Shown in pieces: positions 46,976-56,127 of a stretch of DNA of 64,000 nucleotides. This DNA is from Candidatus Eiseniibacteriota bacterium. GTDB taxonomy: Bacteria; Eisenbacteria; RBG-16-71-46; SZUA-252. Each line of letters starts with the position of its first letter. Positions within the stretch are counted from its first letter, which is position 1. The stretch spans positions 2,304,001-2,368,000 of the forward strand of contig OY969801.1 of the NCBI GenBank assembly GCA_963703225.1. Direction: 5' to 3'. The translations under genes and the position numbers were made by a program. The notes under the pieces are model-generated. The model was given only the letters and a program-made list of their open reading frames with translations, had not been told where the DNA came from and ran no database searches.

Positions 46976-49900
46976 CTAGTAGAGGTTTTGAATCCCGCCA
47001 AATCCGCGCAGCCCGCGCGAACCCTGCTCAAAGTAGACCTCAGGAAGGTTCTTGACGTTGATCTTGAAGTAGTACTCGTTGCCAACGTCACCCGAGATGC
47101 TCCTCGTGAATTGCATTTCCCAGCAGTGAAGCTCGCGCTTGACGGTGAAGAACTGCGAAACGAGCTTCCCCGCCTTGATGTCGAACTGCCAGATGTAGTC
47201 GAAGCGCCAATTCTTGGAGAGATTCATGCCGGTTGTCCCGTTCAGCCGCGCGGTCGAGGACCAGGCCGTGTATCCGCCGCCGGTGGCGCGCGCCCGGGAG
47301 CTGCTGTAGAAGATGGAAGCGGACAGGGACCACGGGAGCCCCGACGGCGTGAGACCCTGCGGGGTCAGCGGCGTTGCCTCTCGCACCGCTTCCGCGCCCG
47401 GCTCTTGGGATATCGCCGCTCCCTCGTCGCCCGAGGGGCTTTGCCCTTGGAAGCCGATCCCGGTCGAGGCACTGAACTGGAGCAGCTTGGCGTCGTAGGG
47501 ATTGTTCACGAACCCAAAACTGAAATCGCTTCGCTGGATCGGCTTGATCTGGAGGCTGGTGGAGATATCCGAGAGTGGTTTGGCCCCGCCCTTTGACGCC
47601 AGGATGTTGTAGCTCCCCCGCGAATCGAGAAGGATCAGATTGTTCAGGACCTTCGGATTGGCCGCGCCCCCCCACTTGGCGTGGACGTCGTTTCGGAGCG
47701 AGAAATCGATCCGCTTGGCCTCTCCGCCCGCGAGGCTGATGCCCGTCACGCCGTCAAACCGGGACCGGACGATCCCAGCGGGGTCTCGGTAGAGCAGGCT
47801 GGTGTTCTGCGGCTGATAGGCGAACGACACCGAGGGAGTCACGACATGGCGGATCGCCCGGAGCGGCCCGAGCGATGTGTGAAACGTGCCAAAGATCGCG
47901 GTGTTGACTCCCACCCCGGCGCTCCAAACCCCGCCGATCTGGTTTTCCGCCCCCGATTGATCCCGGCTGTAGTAGACCCCGCTGTAGCTGAATCGCGGGC
48001 TCATGCGCAGGAATCCGAGGAGGGTCCGGACGTCGGTCAAGCCAAAGTCGTAGCGCGCCGCGCCGCGAGCGTCGAGGGAGTCTACGGGAACCTGGGTCAC
48101 CGTGGTGTCGATCGGTACGCCGCCGGAGTAGACGACCGTCGTCTCCGGACGAAAGTAGCGCTCGTACTCTTTCCGCTCGTAGAGACCGGTCGTGCTGAAG
48201 CTGTAAACCGTGGTGGCCAGCCAGGGGAGTTTGGCGGGCTCCTGGTTTCGCTCCAGATGCCCGATGGGTCGAGCGTTGATGCGATAGGTGATTGAGGGCA
48301 GCTGCTGCTGTGTCTTGAGCCCGCCCGGCTCCGCGTCCAGATCCTCTGTCTGGAGTAGCCCCAGGCTGAACGATCCGCCGCTCCATCCCTTCTGGAGCGA
48401 CAAGTTGGAGCGCAGATTCCGCTGGATGCGCAGCAAGACGTTGTTTCCAAGGTTGGGGTCGCGGCGAAATTCGCTCGAATTGGTCAGGTCGGCCTGCGCC
48501 GCGAGGTTGAAATTCGCCCCCAGCGTCTGGAAGTGCCGGCCAATCAGATCCCAGCGGCTGGAGCCCCCGGTCCCGAACTGGTTCTCATACGAAGTGCTGA
48601 TCTGCCCCTGGTAGCCGTATCGCTTGTGGTAACGGTACTGGCCATGGGCCACCCAGCTCTGCTGCTGGTAGTAGTCCCACCATGCCGTGGCATCCATGTA
48701 GTCATTGATGGCCCAGTAGTACCCCACGTTTCGGACGAACTTGCCTCCCGTCGTGGAGGAGCCAAACTCCACCTGCGGCAATTGAAATCCGGAATGGCGC
48801 CCCGGCTTGATCGGGAAGACATAGAACGGCAGTGCCAGCACCGGGATGTGCTTGATGTAGAAGACGACCGGCCGCGCGATGACCTTGTCTTGGAGGATCA
48901 CCTTCATCTTGCTGCTCTCGAAGTGGTAGTGGGTCTCCCTCAGATCGCATGTCGAATAGGTGCCGTTCCTCACCTCGAGCACGTTCTCCGAGATTTTCTT
49001 GACCCGCTCGCCGTAGATGAATCCCCTGTCGTAGGTGGTGCGCCCCTCGTAGACGATCCCTTGCCGGGCGTTCAAATCGTAGGTCATGGTCTCGCCGGTG
49101 ATCCGGTCCTTCCCGTCGTTCAGGATCGGGTTTCCTTCGGCGCGCATGTGATCGGTATTGGAGTTGAAGGTGACCCGGTCGGCGCCCAGACGCATCTCCT
49201 TGTAGGTCACGTCCGCCGATCCGAGGATGTCGACCGTTCCCTTGTCCACGTCGTAGACGATTTCGGAGCCCTTGTACCGAACCTGCTCATCCGCGTGTAG
49301 CTTGCTCGTGTCCCCCTCCGCGACCATGTAGTAGACGCCACGGCTCCCACCGCGCACGACGGCGCGGGCGGGCTTCCCCTTTTCGAAGAAGACGTGGATC
49401 GTGTCGCCTTCCGAGTCGTTCCGGCCGCCTTGGCCGCTGTCGGCGCTGCTCGGCCAGTAGCGGCTCTCGGCGTGCCCCACGATGACCGCCTCCCGCGCCT
49501 GCTCGTCCATGAAGTGGACCGTGATCGTGTCGCCGGTCGCGACGTTCCGCTCCCCATGACCGGAGTCCGCTTTCGCGGTGTACTCCACGATCCCGTGCGG
49601 ACGCAGCCGGAGCGACTCCAGCCGGTTCTCGTTGAAATGGATCTCGATCGTGTCGCCGCGGGCGACCCCCTCGTCGTCCCACGCGCGCGGGTTCCCCAAG
49701 AGGAGCGCGAGCTGCTCGTTCTGATAGAACTCGGCACGGTCGCAGGTCGCACGGAGCGCCTCGCGGCGGATCCGCACGCCCCCCATCGCGTAGACCCGTC
49801 GGCGCGCGTTGTCGAACTCCAGAGCGGTGCCGCGGACCTCGGTCTTCTTTCCGCCCTTCTCTTCCATCTCGAGAACGGGTTCCACCTCCGCCCACGCGTA

Positions 49901-50509
49901 GTCCGCTCTCCGGTCGTAGCGGACCCGATTGGCGCGCACACGGGTCTTCTCCTTGCTGTCGTAGGCGTCCACATGGCCGGACGCCGAAACCACGTCCCGG
50001 TTTCGGTCATATTCGATCCGGTCGGCGAGCAGCGTGCGCGTGGAGTCTTGGAGGCGGGGGCTGCCGGTGATGACCGATCGATTCTCGGCGCGATAGAAGC
50101 GAGCTTCTCGCCCGGTGATGACCGCCCCGTTCTCCTCGATGCGGACGTCGCCCCGCAGCGTGGCGACGCGCGTCTTTCGGTCGTAGGAGGCCTCGCGCCC
50201 CCACATGTGGGTCGCACCGTCGACGATGCGCACGTTGCCCCGGAACTGCACCAGTTCTTGCAATCGATAGATCACGGCCGAGTCGCCCGTCACCGTGGTC
50301 GTGCCATGGACGACCGTGACCCGGGTCGCGGTGTATGCGTTCTCTCCGGCCGACACCGAGCCCTCCAGGCGATCGGCGCTCAACCGGTAGGGCTCGCCGG
50401 CGACGCTCTCCACGACCGTCGTGTCGGGCGGCGCGGCGGCGGCGCGCGTGGCGACGAGGACGAGTAGCGCCGCCCCCAGGGCGGCGGCAAGGGTCGCCCT
50501 AGAGTGCAC
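46976..50509 (-). CDS. lptD: LPS-assembly protein LptD with extended OstA/LptA-like N-terminal region (1177 aa)
   Basis: GTG start with signal peptide, repeated jellyroll units (ADRIEYD, GDTI.I.F, G.V.I), YSTCD...HYHF, PVLALPF..FP...RHSGF..P, GYYWAINDY.D and RELHCWE. Confidence 0.82.
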   Translation of the reverse strand: MHSRATLAAALGAALLVLVATRAAAAPPDTTVVESVAGEPYRLSADRLEGSVSAGENAYTATRVTVVHGTTTVTGDSAVIYRLQELVQFRGNVRIVDGATHMWGREASYDRKTRVATLRGDVRIEENGAVITGREARFYRAENRSVITGSPRLQDSTRTLLADRIEYDRNRDVVSASGHVDAYDSKEKTRVRANRVRYDRRADYAWAEVEPVLEMEEKGGKKTEVRGTALEFDNARRRVYAMGGVRIRREALRATCDRAEFYQNEQLALLLGNPRAWDDEGVARGDTIEIHFNENRLESLRLRPHGIVEYTAKADSGHGERNVATGDTITVHFMDEQAREAVIVGHAESRYWPSSADSGQGGRNDSEGDTIHVFFEKGKPARAVVRGGSRGVYYMVAEGDTSKLHADEQVRYKGSEIVYDVDKGTVDILGSADVTYKEMRLGADRVTFNSNTDHMRAEGNPILNDGKDRITGETMTYDLNARQGIVYEGRTTYDRGFIYGERVKKISENVLEVRNGTYSTCDLRETHYHFESSKMKVILQDKVIARPVVFYIKHIPVLALPFYVFPIKPGRHSGFQLPQVEFGSSTTGGKFVRNVGYYWAINDYMDATAWWDYYQQQSWVAHGQYRYHKRYGYQGQISTSYENQFGTGGSSRWDLIGRHFQTLGANFNLAAQADLTNSSEFRRDPNLGNNVLLRIQRNLRSNLSLQKGWSGGSFSLGLLQTEDLDAEPGGLKTQQQLPSITYRINARPIGHLERNQEPAKLPWLATTVYSFSTTGLYERKEYERYFRPETTVVYSGGVPIDTTVTQVPVDSLDARGAARYDFGLTDVRTLLGFLRMSPRFSYSGVYYSRDQSGAENQIGGVWSAGVGVNTAIFGTFHTSLGPLRAIRHVVTPSVSFAYQPQNTSLLYRDPAGIVRSRFDGVTGISLAGGEAKRIDFSLRNDVHAKWGGAANPKVLNNLILLDSRGSYNILASKGGAKPLSDISTSLQIKPIQRSDFSFGFVNNPYDAKLLQFSASTGIGFQGQSPSGDEGAAISQEPGAEAVREATPLTPQGLTPSGLPWSLSASIFYSSSRARATGGGYTAWSSTARLNGTTGMNLSKNWRFDYIWQFDIKAGKLVSQFFTVKRELHCWEMQFTRSISGDVGNEYYFKINVKNLPEVYFEQGSRGLRGFGGIQNLY

Positions 50510-51809
50510 GCGGCACGTCGCGCCCCAAGATCTGGAGCGCCTCGCCGACGAGAAAGAACGAGCCGGTGATGACCACGGCTCCGCCGCGGCCGCGAGCCCA
50601 ATCGGTGGCCCGCGAGATCGCTTCGCCCACATTGCTCACGGCCTGGCAATCGAGATGGCGCGTGGGGGCGGCGCGAAGCAGAAGCTCGGCGGGCGTGGCG
50701 CGCTCTCCCGCGAACTGCGTGAGGAAGAACCGGCCGGCCACGCGGCCCAGAACGTGGAGGATCTTCTCATGGGCCTTGTCGCGCGAGAATCCGGCGACCA
50801 CCGCGAGCGGCCGTCCCGGGAGGAGCCCCGCGACGGTCGCCGCCAGAGCGGCCGCGCCTTCCACGTTGTGCGCCACGTCGATCAGAATCGGGGGCGTCCC
50901 CTCGATCCATTCCGCCCTCGCCGGCCATCGCGTCTCGGCAATTCCCTGCTCGATCGCCTGGGCCACCGCTCCGGGGGACCGCCCCTCGAGCGCGATCTCC
51001 GCGGTGAGCGCGGCGAGCGCGGCGTTCCGGGCCTGGTGGCGGCCGTAGAGGGGAGTGCGGAGGATGCCCGAGTAGGAGGATGTCTTGAGCCGGAACTCGG
51101 TTCCCCGCGGTCCCACGCGCAGTGTCCGAAAGCCGGCGCTCCGCCCCAGGAGGTCGACCCGGGCTCCGCGCTGGGCCGCGACTTCGAGGATGGCGCTCCG
51201 GGCGCTCCTCTGTTCCACGCCGAGCACGAGGCGGCCGCCGGGCTTGACGATTCCGGCCTTCTCGATCGCGATCCGCCGCAGGGTGTGCCCCAAGATCTCG
51301 GTGTGGTCGCTCGAAATCGTCGTGATGACCGAGACGCGCGGCTCGAGGATGTTGGTCGCGTCCAGTCGCCCACCCAATCCCACCTCGACCACCGCGAGAT
51401 CGACCTTCTTTGCCGCGAAATGATCGAAGCAGATCGCGGTCGAGGCCTCGAAGAAGGAGGGACGCTCCTCCTCAAACCGTGGCCACCACCGGGCGAGAAG
51501 CTCGTCCAGGTCCGAATCGGAGATCTCCTCCCCATCGATGCGGATCCGCTCGTGGAAGCGGACCAGGTGGGGAGACGTATAGAGGCCGACCGTGAGCCCG
51601 GCCGACCTCAAGACCGAGGCCAAGTGGGCCGCCGTCGATCCCTTGCCATTCGTCCCCGCGATCAGGATCGACGGGAACCGGCGCTCCGGCCGTCCCGCGC
51701 GCTCGAGGAGGCGTTCGATCCCGGCGAGCCCGGGGCGCATGCCGCTCCTCTCGAAGCGGTAGAGCTCGTCGAGGCGCCCCCGAAGCGAGACGCCTTCCGC
51801 GAACGTCAT
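50499..51809 (-). CDS. folC: Folylpolyglutamate synthase/dihydrofolate synthase
   Basis: IAGTNGKGST, GLYTSPHL...ERI, EVGLGGRLDATN, DH..ILG...IA.EKAGI, DVAHN and TGSFFLVG. Confidence 0.95.
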   Translation of the reverse strand: MTFAEGVSLRGRLDELYRFERSGMRPGLAGIERLLERAGRPERRFPSILIAGTNGKGSTAAHLASVLRSAGLTVGLYTSPHLVRFHERIRIDGEEISDSDLDELLARWWPRFEEERPSFFEASTAICFDHFAAKKVDLAVVEVGLGGRLDATNILEPRVSVITTISSDHTEILGHTLRRIAIEKAGIVKPGGRLVLGVEQRSARSAILEVAAQRGARVDLLGRSAGFRTLRVGPRGTEFRLKTSSYSGILRTPLYGRHQARNAALAALTAEIALEGRSPGAVAQAIEQGIAETRWPARAEWIEGTPPILIDVAHNVEGAAALAATVAGLLPGRPLAVVAGFSRDKAHEKILHVLGRVAGRFFLTQFAGERATPAELLLRAAPTRHLDCQAVSNVGEAISRATDWARGRGGAVVITGSFFLVGEALQILGRDVPRAL

Positions 51810-52864
51810 TCCTCGACGCGGACTTCTCGGGTGGGAGCGGGGGCTTTCGGAGGCGCGACGGGAGCCGGGGATCCATTCGGGCTCGGCGCCGGCGCGTCGA
51901 TCGCCTCGGGAACGACCGGGGGAGGCGGAGGAGGAAGCGCGGTACCAATCGGGAGCGAGGCGGCGCGGAAGCGCTCGAGCGACTCCCCCGCGCGTCGGCG
52001 AGGCTTTTGAGGGAGCCCCGCGCCGGTGGCGAAGAACCGGAGCAGCCACGCGATCGTCTTCTTCAGCTCCAGGCGGTGCACGATGCGGTCCACCATCCCC
52101 TTCTGAAGCAGAAACTCCGACCGCTGGAATCCCTCCGGAAGCTCCTGATTGATCGTCTGCTTGATGACCCGCGGGCCCGCGAATCCGATGAGGGCCTTTG
52201 GCTCGGCGATGATGACGTCACCCACCGACGCGAAGCTCGCGGTGACGCCGCCCGTCGTCGGATGGGTGAGGATCGAGATGTAAGGAATTCCGGCGTCGGA
52301 GAGTCGCGCCAGAAGCGCGTTCGTTTTCGCCATCTGCATGAGGGAGAGGATCCCTTCGAACATCCGGGCGCCCCCCGAAGCCGAAAGGATCAGCAGCGGC
52401 CTCCGCGTCTCGATCGCGAGGAGGATCGACCGCGCGATCCGCTCGCCGGCTGCCGACGCCAGACTCCCCCCGAGGAACGCGAAATCCATGATCGCGAGCA
52501 CACAGGGATGCCCATCCACCCTTCCCTCCCCGCAGACGACCGCCTCCGATAGACCGGTCTCTTCGCGGGCTTTCTTCAGGCGGTCAGCATAGCGTTTCGC
52601 ATCGCGAAACTTGAGGGGGTCGGTGGAGACGACCTCGGAAAAGCGCTCCACGAACGACTCATCGTCGACAAGGATCCTGATGTAGGCGCGGGCGGAGATC
52701 CGGAAATGGTAGGCGCATTTGCTGCAGGTCCAGAGGTTCCGCTCGAGCTCCTTGTGATACAGGATCTCGCCGCAGTCCTCACATTTGGTCCAGAGCCCGT
52801 CCGGGAGTTCCCGCCGGCGCTGCTGGGCTTTAAGCCCTTCTTTTGCCTTCCTGAGCCAGGTCAT
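51806..52864 (-). CDS. accD: Acetyl-CoA carboxylase carboxyltransferase beta subunit
   Basis: GLWTKCEDC...CSKC zinc finger, DF.FLGGS, SGGARM.EG..SLMQMAK, PTTGGVTASFA, IGFAGPRVI and GFQRSEFL. Confidence 0.95.
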   Translation of the reverse strand: MTWLRKAKEGLKAQQRRRELPDGLWTKCEDCGEILYHKELERNLWTCSKCAYHFRISARAYIRILVDDESFVERFSEVVSTDPLKFRDAKRYADRLKKAREETGLSEAVVCGEGRVDGHPCVLAIMDFAFLGGSLASAAGERIARSILLAIETRRPLLILSASGGARMFEGILSLMQMAKTNALLARLSDAGIPYISILTHPTTGGVTASFASVGDVIIAEPKALIGFAGPRVIKQTINQELPEGFQRSEFLLQKGMVDRIVHRLELKKTIAWLLRFFATGAGLPQKPRRRAGESLERFRAASLPIGTALPPPPPPVVPEAIDAPAPSPNGSPAPVAPPKAPAPTREVRVEE

Positions 52865-53343
52865 GCGCTCGAACCCTCCCCCAGGCCCCGGAGCATGACG
52901 ATAGCATCCTCGACCGGGTTCCGGTAGTAGTTCTTTCGCATGGCGATATCGATGAAGTCATTTTGGTAGTAGAAGTTACGGGCAATTTGGTTTGACTCTC
53001 GGACCTCCAGGGTGACCCTCACAATACCCCCCTTTCGGGCCGTTTGGATCAGGTCGTCGAGAAGGCGCTGGCCGACGCCAGACCTCCGCTCCGAGGGATG
53101 GACCGCGAGGTTTCCCAGGTGGGCTTCATCCTCGATCAAAACTGCCAGGAGGTAGCCGACCAGCTTTCCATCCCGGTCGGCGAGCCGAGCATAGGTACCC
53201 GCCCCCACCTCGAGCTCGGATCGGAACATCTCCCTCGTCCACGGATCGCTGAACGACAGAGCTTCGATCGAGAGTACCTCGTCGATCCGCGCGAGCGTGA
53301 GCGGCGCGATCCTGAGTCCCGCGTATGGAGTGCCAGCGATCAT
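52861..53343 (-). CDS. rimI: Ribosomal protein S18 alanine N-acetyltransferase
   Basis: IE..SFSDPW, EAHLGNLAV, TLEVRESN and RKNYY..P.EDAIVM. ATGA overlap with tsaB. Confidence 0.9.
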   Translation of the reverse strand: MIAGTPYAGLRIAPLTLARIDEVLSIEALSFSDPWTREMFRSELEVGAGTYARLADRDGKLVGYLLAVLIEDEAHLGNLAVHPSERRSGVGQRLLDDLIQTARKGGIVRVTLEVRESNQIARNFYYQNDFIDIAMRKNYYRNPVEDAIVMLRGLGEGSSA

Positions 53344-54065
53344 GGCGAGGGCTTCCGCGCGTTCGGGGCTCTTCCGTAGGCGGGCGAAGCCGAAGCCCAC
53401 TCAGCCGTTTGCCCGGCCAGAAGGAGCCGGTCGGCGATCGCGGCGACGGCGGGCGCGAGCGACGCCTTGGGCGCGAGCGAGGCGAGGCCCGATTCCATCT
53501 GCTCTTCGAGCGCGGCCTCCATCACCGCAGTGATCGGCGCGAGCTGGAGCGCGTTAGGCCTTCCGGCCCCTTTCCGCGCGCCGCCCTCCCGCCGATCCAC
53601 CCCGGCAATTTCCAGAAGGTGCGGCACGATCTGATCCTCCTCCACTGTCTCCGGCCCCCAGAGGAGCGCCAAGGGAGGGCCCGCGCTCCAGAGGGCCGCG
53701 TCAACGCGCCCCCGCCCGGCTGGAATCAGGCTGGCCACGCGGCGGCCGGGCGACCCGCGGCCCAGCGCCAACGCCTCGTGGGACGAGACAAGCACGAGCG
53801 GAATAGAGTTGCCCCACGCGAAACCTTTGGCCCACGCGAGGCCGATCCGAAGGCCGGTAAACGAGCCTGGACCTTGGGCGACAGCCAGGGCGGCGAGACC
53901 AGCGGTCGATAGCCCGCTCTCCGCGAGCAGGCCCCCGGCCGCGCGGGAGAGCCCTTCCGAATGGCCGCCCGCGGGCAAAGGCTCGCATCGGAGCGGCGCC
54001 CCATCTCCCGCGAGCGCGACCGAGCCCTCGGCGCCCGCCGTGTCAATCGCGAGGATATAGCGCAT
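53340..54065 (-). CDS. tsaB: tRNA threonylcarbamoyladenosine biosynthesis protein TsaB
   Basis: ILAIDTA, HSE.L, GPGSFTGLRIG...AKG and P.Y.R. Confidence 0.9.
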   Translation of the reverse strand: MRYILAIDTAGAEGSVALAGDGAPLRCEPLPAGGHSEGLSRAAGGLLAESGLSTAGLAALAVAQGPGSFTGLRIGLAWAKGFAWGNSIPLVLVSSHEALALGRGSPGRRVASLIPAGRGRVDAALWSAGPPLALLWGPETVEEDQIVPHLLEIAGVDRREGGARKGAGRPNALQLAPITAVMEAALEEQMESGLASLAPKASLAPAVAAIADRLLLAGQTAEWASASPAYGRAPNARKPSP

Positions 54066-54546
54066 GGTGCCACCGATCTCGATCGAATGCCCCTTCGCGT
54101 GCGAGCGATCCCCAACGGTCGCCTCGCGGACGGATCCGAAGCTCGCGCCCGCCCCCTTCCACGTAGCGAAGCTCCAGGTCGAGGCGCTCCGAAGGCAGGT
54201 CCGCCTCGGCCCGATCGGCCCACTCGACCAGGACGATCGAGTCTTGCGCCGCGAGATCGTCCAAGCCGAGCCCCGCGTACTCCGCGGAACTCTTGAGACG
54301 GTGGAGATCGGCGTGCACGACCGACGGAGAGCGTGAATAGATTTCCACCAGGACGTAGGTAGGGCTCCTCACGCGGGTGCCGGGGTGAATCGATTCCAGG
54401 ACGCCCGAGACGAGGGTCGTCTTCCCCGCCCCCAACTCTCCGGACAGCGCGACCCAATCGCCGGGCGCGAGGAGCGACCCCAGATGGCGGCCGAAGGACC
54501 TGGTTTCGCCTTCGCTTCGAAGGAGCGACTTCAGCTCGACTCCCAT
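54043..54546 (-). CDS. tsaE: tRNA threonylcarbamoyladenosine biosynthesis ATPase TsaE
   Basis: LSGELGAGKTT, VRSPTY.LV..Y, H.DL.RL and LVEW. Confidence 0.92.
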   Translation of the reverse strand: MGVELKSLLRSEGETRSFGRHLGSLLAPGDWVALSGELGAGKTTLVSGVLESIHPGTRVRSPTYVLVEIYSRSPSVVHADLHRLKSSAEYAGLGLDDLAAQDSIVLVEWADRAEADLPSERLDLELRYVEGGGRELRIRPRGDRWGSLAREGAFDRDRWHHALYPRD

Positions 54547-54551
54547 GGGAC

Positions 54552-56114
54552 CTAGACTCGCGGGAACAGCGTGGCCACGGGAAGGATCATCTCCTCGAGT
54601 GAGACCCCTCCGTGCTGGAAGCTTCCGCGGTACTTGCTCTCGTATTCGTGAAACCGGGTTGGATAGATGAAGTAGAAGTCCTCCTTCGCGACGATGTACT
54701 GCTTGTTGAGGGAATCGGCGGGGAGGCGGAACCGGGATGGGGCCTTGAGTTGGATCGCCTGCTTCGGGTCGCAGCCGAGGTTGGTCCCAAACTTGAACCG
54801 TAGATTGGTCGACGTCTCCCGGTTGCCGTAGACCAGGGCTGATCGGCGGCTCAGCACCGCGCCATGATCGGTGGTCACGACCACCACGCACTCCTGCTTG
54901 GCCATCCACTTGAGCGCCTCGAAGAGCGCCGAGTGGAGAAACCATGACCGCATCACCGAGCGAAAGGCCGACTCGTCCGGCGCCAGCTCGCGCAGCAGGT
55001 CGGACTCCGACCGACCGTGGGTGAGCATGTCGAGGAAGTTGAACACCAGGGCGACGAGCGGGATGTTCTGATAGGTGACGATATTTCGCCGCACGTGGGA
55101 GGCTTCTTCCGCGTTGTAGACCTTGAGGTACTTGAGCCCGGACGGGAGCCGGATCTGGAGCCGCTCGAGCTGATGGTCCAGGAGCTGGCGCTCGTAGCGA
55201 TTCTTGCTCCGCTCGTCGTTCGAGGTTTCCTGCCAGTAGGACGGGTGCTGCTGCTGGATCTCGTCGGGCAGGAGTCCCGAGAAGATGGCGTTTCGGGAGT
55301 AGGGCGTGGCGCTCGGCAGGATCGAGATCTGGTGATCGACCTGGATGTCGAAGTGGGGCCGGAGGAGCGGCTCCACCGTCAGCCACTGGTCGAGCCGCAT
55401 GCAGTCGATGACGACGAGGATCACCCGCTTCCCGGCCCGCAGGTGCGGCGCCACCCACCGCTCCACGACGTCGCGGGACATCGGCGGGCCCCCGGGGCCG
55501 TGGACCCACGATTCGTAGGTCGCTTCCACATAGGATGAGAATTCGACGTTGAGCTCTCGCCGCTGGTCTCCCTGAGCCTGCTTGAGCCCGTCGTCGTCCA
55601 CCTGGTCCAGCTCGACGTCCCACTGCGCGCTCCGCGCGTAGAGATCGATCCAGCCCCGCCAGTCGAGCCCCCCCGCCGACTCGCTCCGCAGCCGCGCCAG
55701 CTCCGCGACATAGTCGCGGGCGCGCCGCGATTCTTGCAGCCGGTCCGCTTCCAGGAGGCGCTTCAGCGCGAGATAGATCTGGGTCGGGCGGACCGGTTTC
55801 AAGAGGTAGTCGTCGATTCTCCGGCCGATCGCCTCGTCCATCAGCGACTCCGCCTCGTTCTTGGTGACCAGGACGATCGGGATCGCCGGATCCTTCTCCT
55901 TGATCGCTTCGAGCGTCGCGAGCCCCCCCATGCCGGGCATCGATTCATCGAGGAGGACCACGTCGAACTTCTCGCGGGCGGCGTAGGCGACCGCATCGTT
56001 GCCGTTGGAGACCGGCGTGACCTGAAACCCCTTCTCCTCCAGCAGAAGGATGTGCGGCTTCAACAGGTCGATCTCGTCGTCGGCCCAGAGGATCTTTCGA
56101 ATGACAGGGCTCAT
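54552..56114 (-). CDS. porX: PorX-type response regulator: receiver plus PglZ/alkaline-phosphatase-like domain
   Basis: ILWADDEIDLLKPHI, LLDESMPG, IDCMRLDQW, ILPSATPYSRNAIFSG, NFLDMLTH, TTDHG, TSTNLR and FQHGGVSLEEM. Adjacent to tsaE, as in Bacteroidota. Confidence 0.88.
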   Translation of the reverse strand: MSPVIRKILWADDEIDLLKPHILLLEEKGFQVTPVSNGNDAVAYAAREKFDVVLLDESMPGMGGLATLEAIKEKDPAIPIVLVTKNEAESLMDEAIGRRIDDYLLKPVRPTQIYLALKRLLEADRLQESRRARDYVAELARLRSESAGGLDWRGWIDLYARSAQWDVELDQVDDDGLKQAQGDQRRELNVEFSSYVEATYESWVHGPGGPPMSRDVVERWVAPHLRAGKRVILVVIDCMRLDQWLTVEPLLRPHFDIQVDHQISILPSATPYSRNAIFSGLLPDEIQQQHPSYWQETSNDERSKNRYERQLLDHQLERLQIRLPSGLKYLKVYNAEEASHVRRNIVTYQNIPLVALVFNFLDMLTHGRSESDLLRELAPDESAFRSVMRSWFLHSALFEALKWMAKQECVVVVTTDHGAVLSRRSALVYGNRETSTNLRFKFGTNLGCDPKQAIQLKAPSRFRLPADSLNKQYIVAKEDFYFIYPTRFHEYESKYRGSFQHGGVSLEEMILPVATLFPRV

Positions 56115-56127
56115 GGGGGGTCCGGGG

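Noticed and set aside
54552..56114. PglZ domain as part of a BREX defence system
   Set aside because: It is fused to a receiver domain with PorX motifs and flanked by tsaE. No brx/pgl genes are present.
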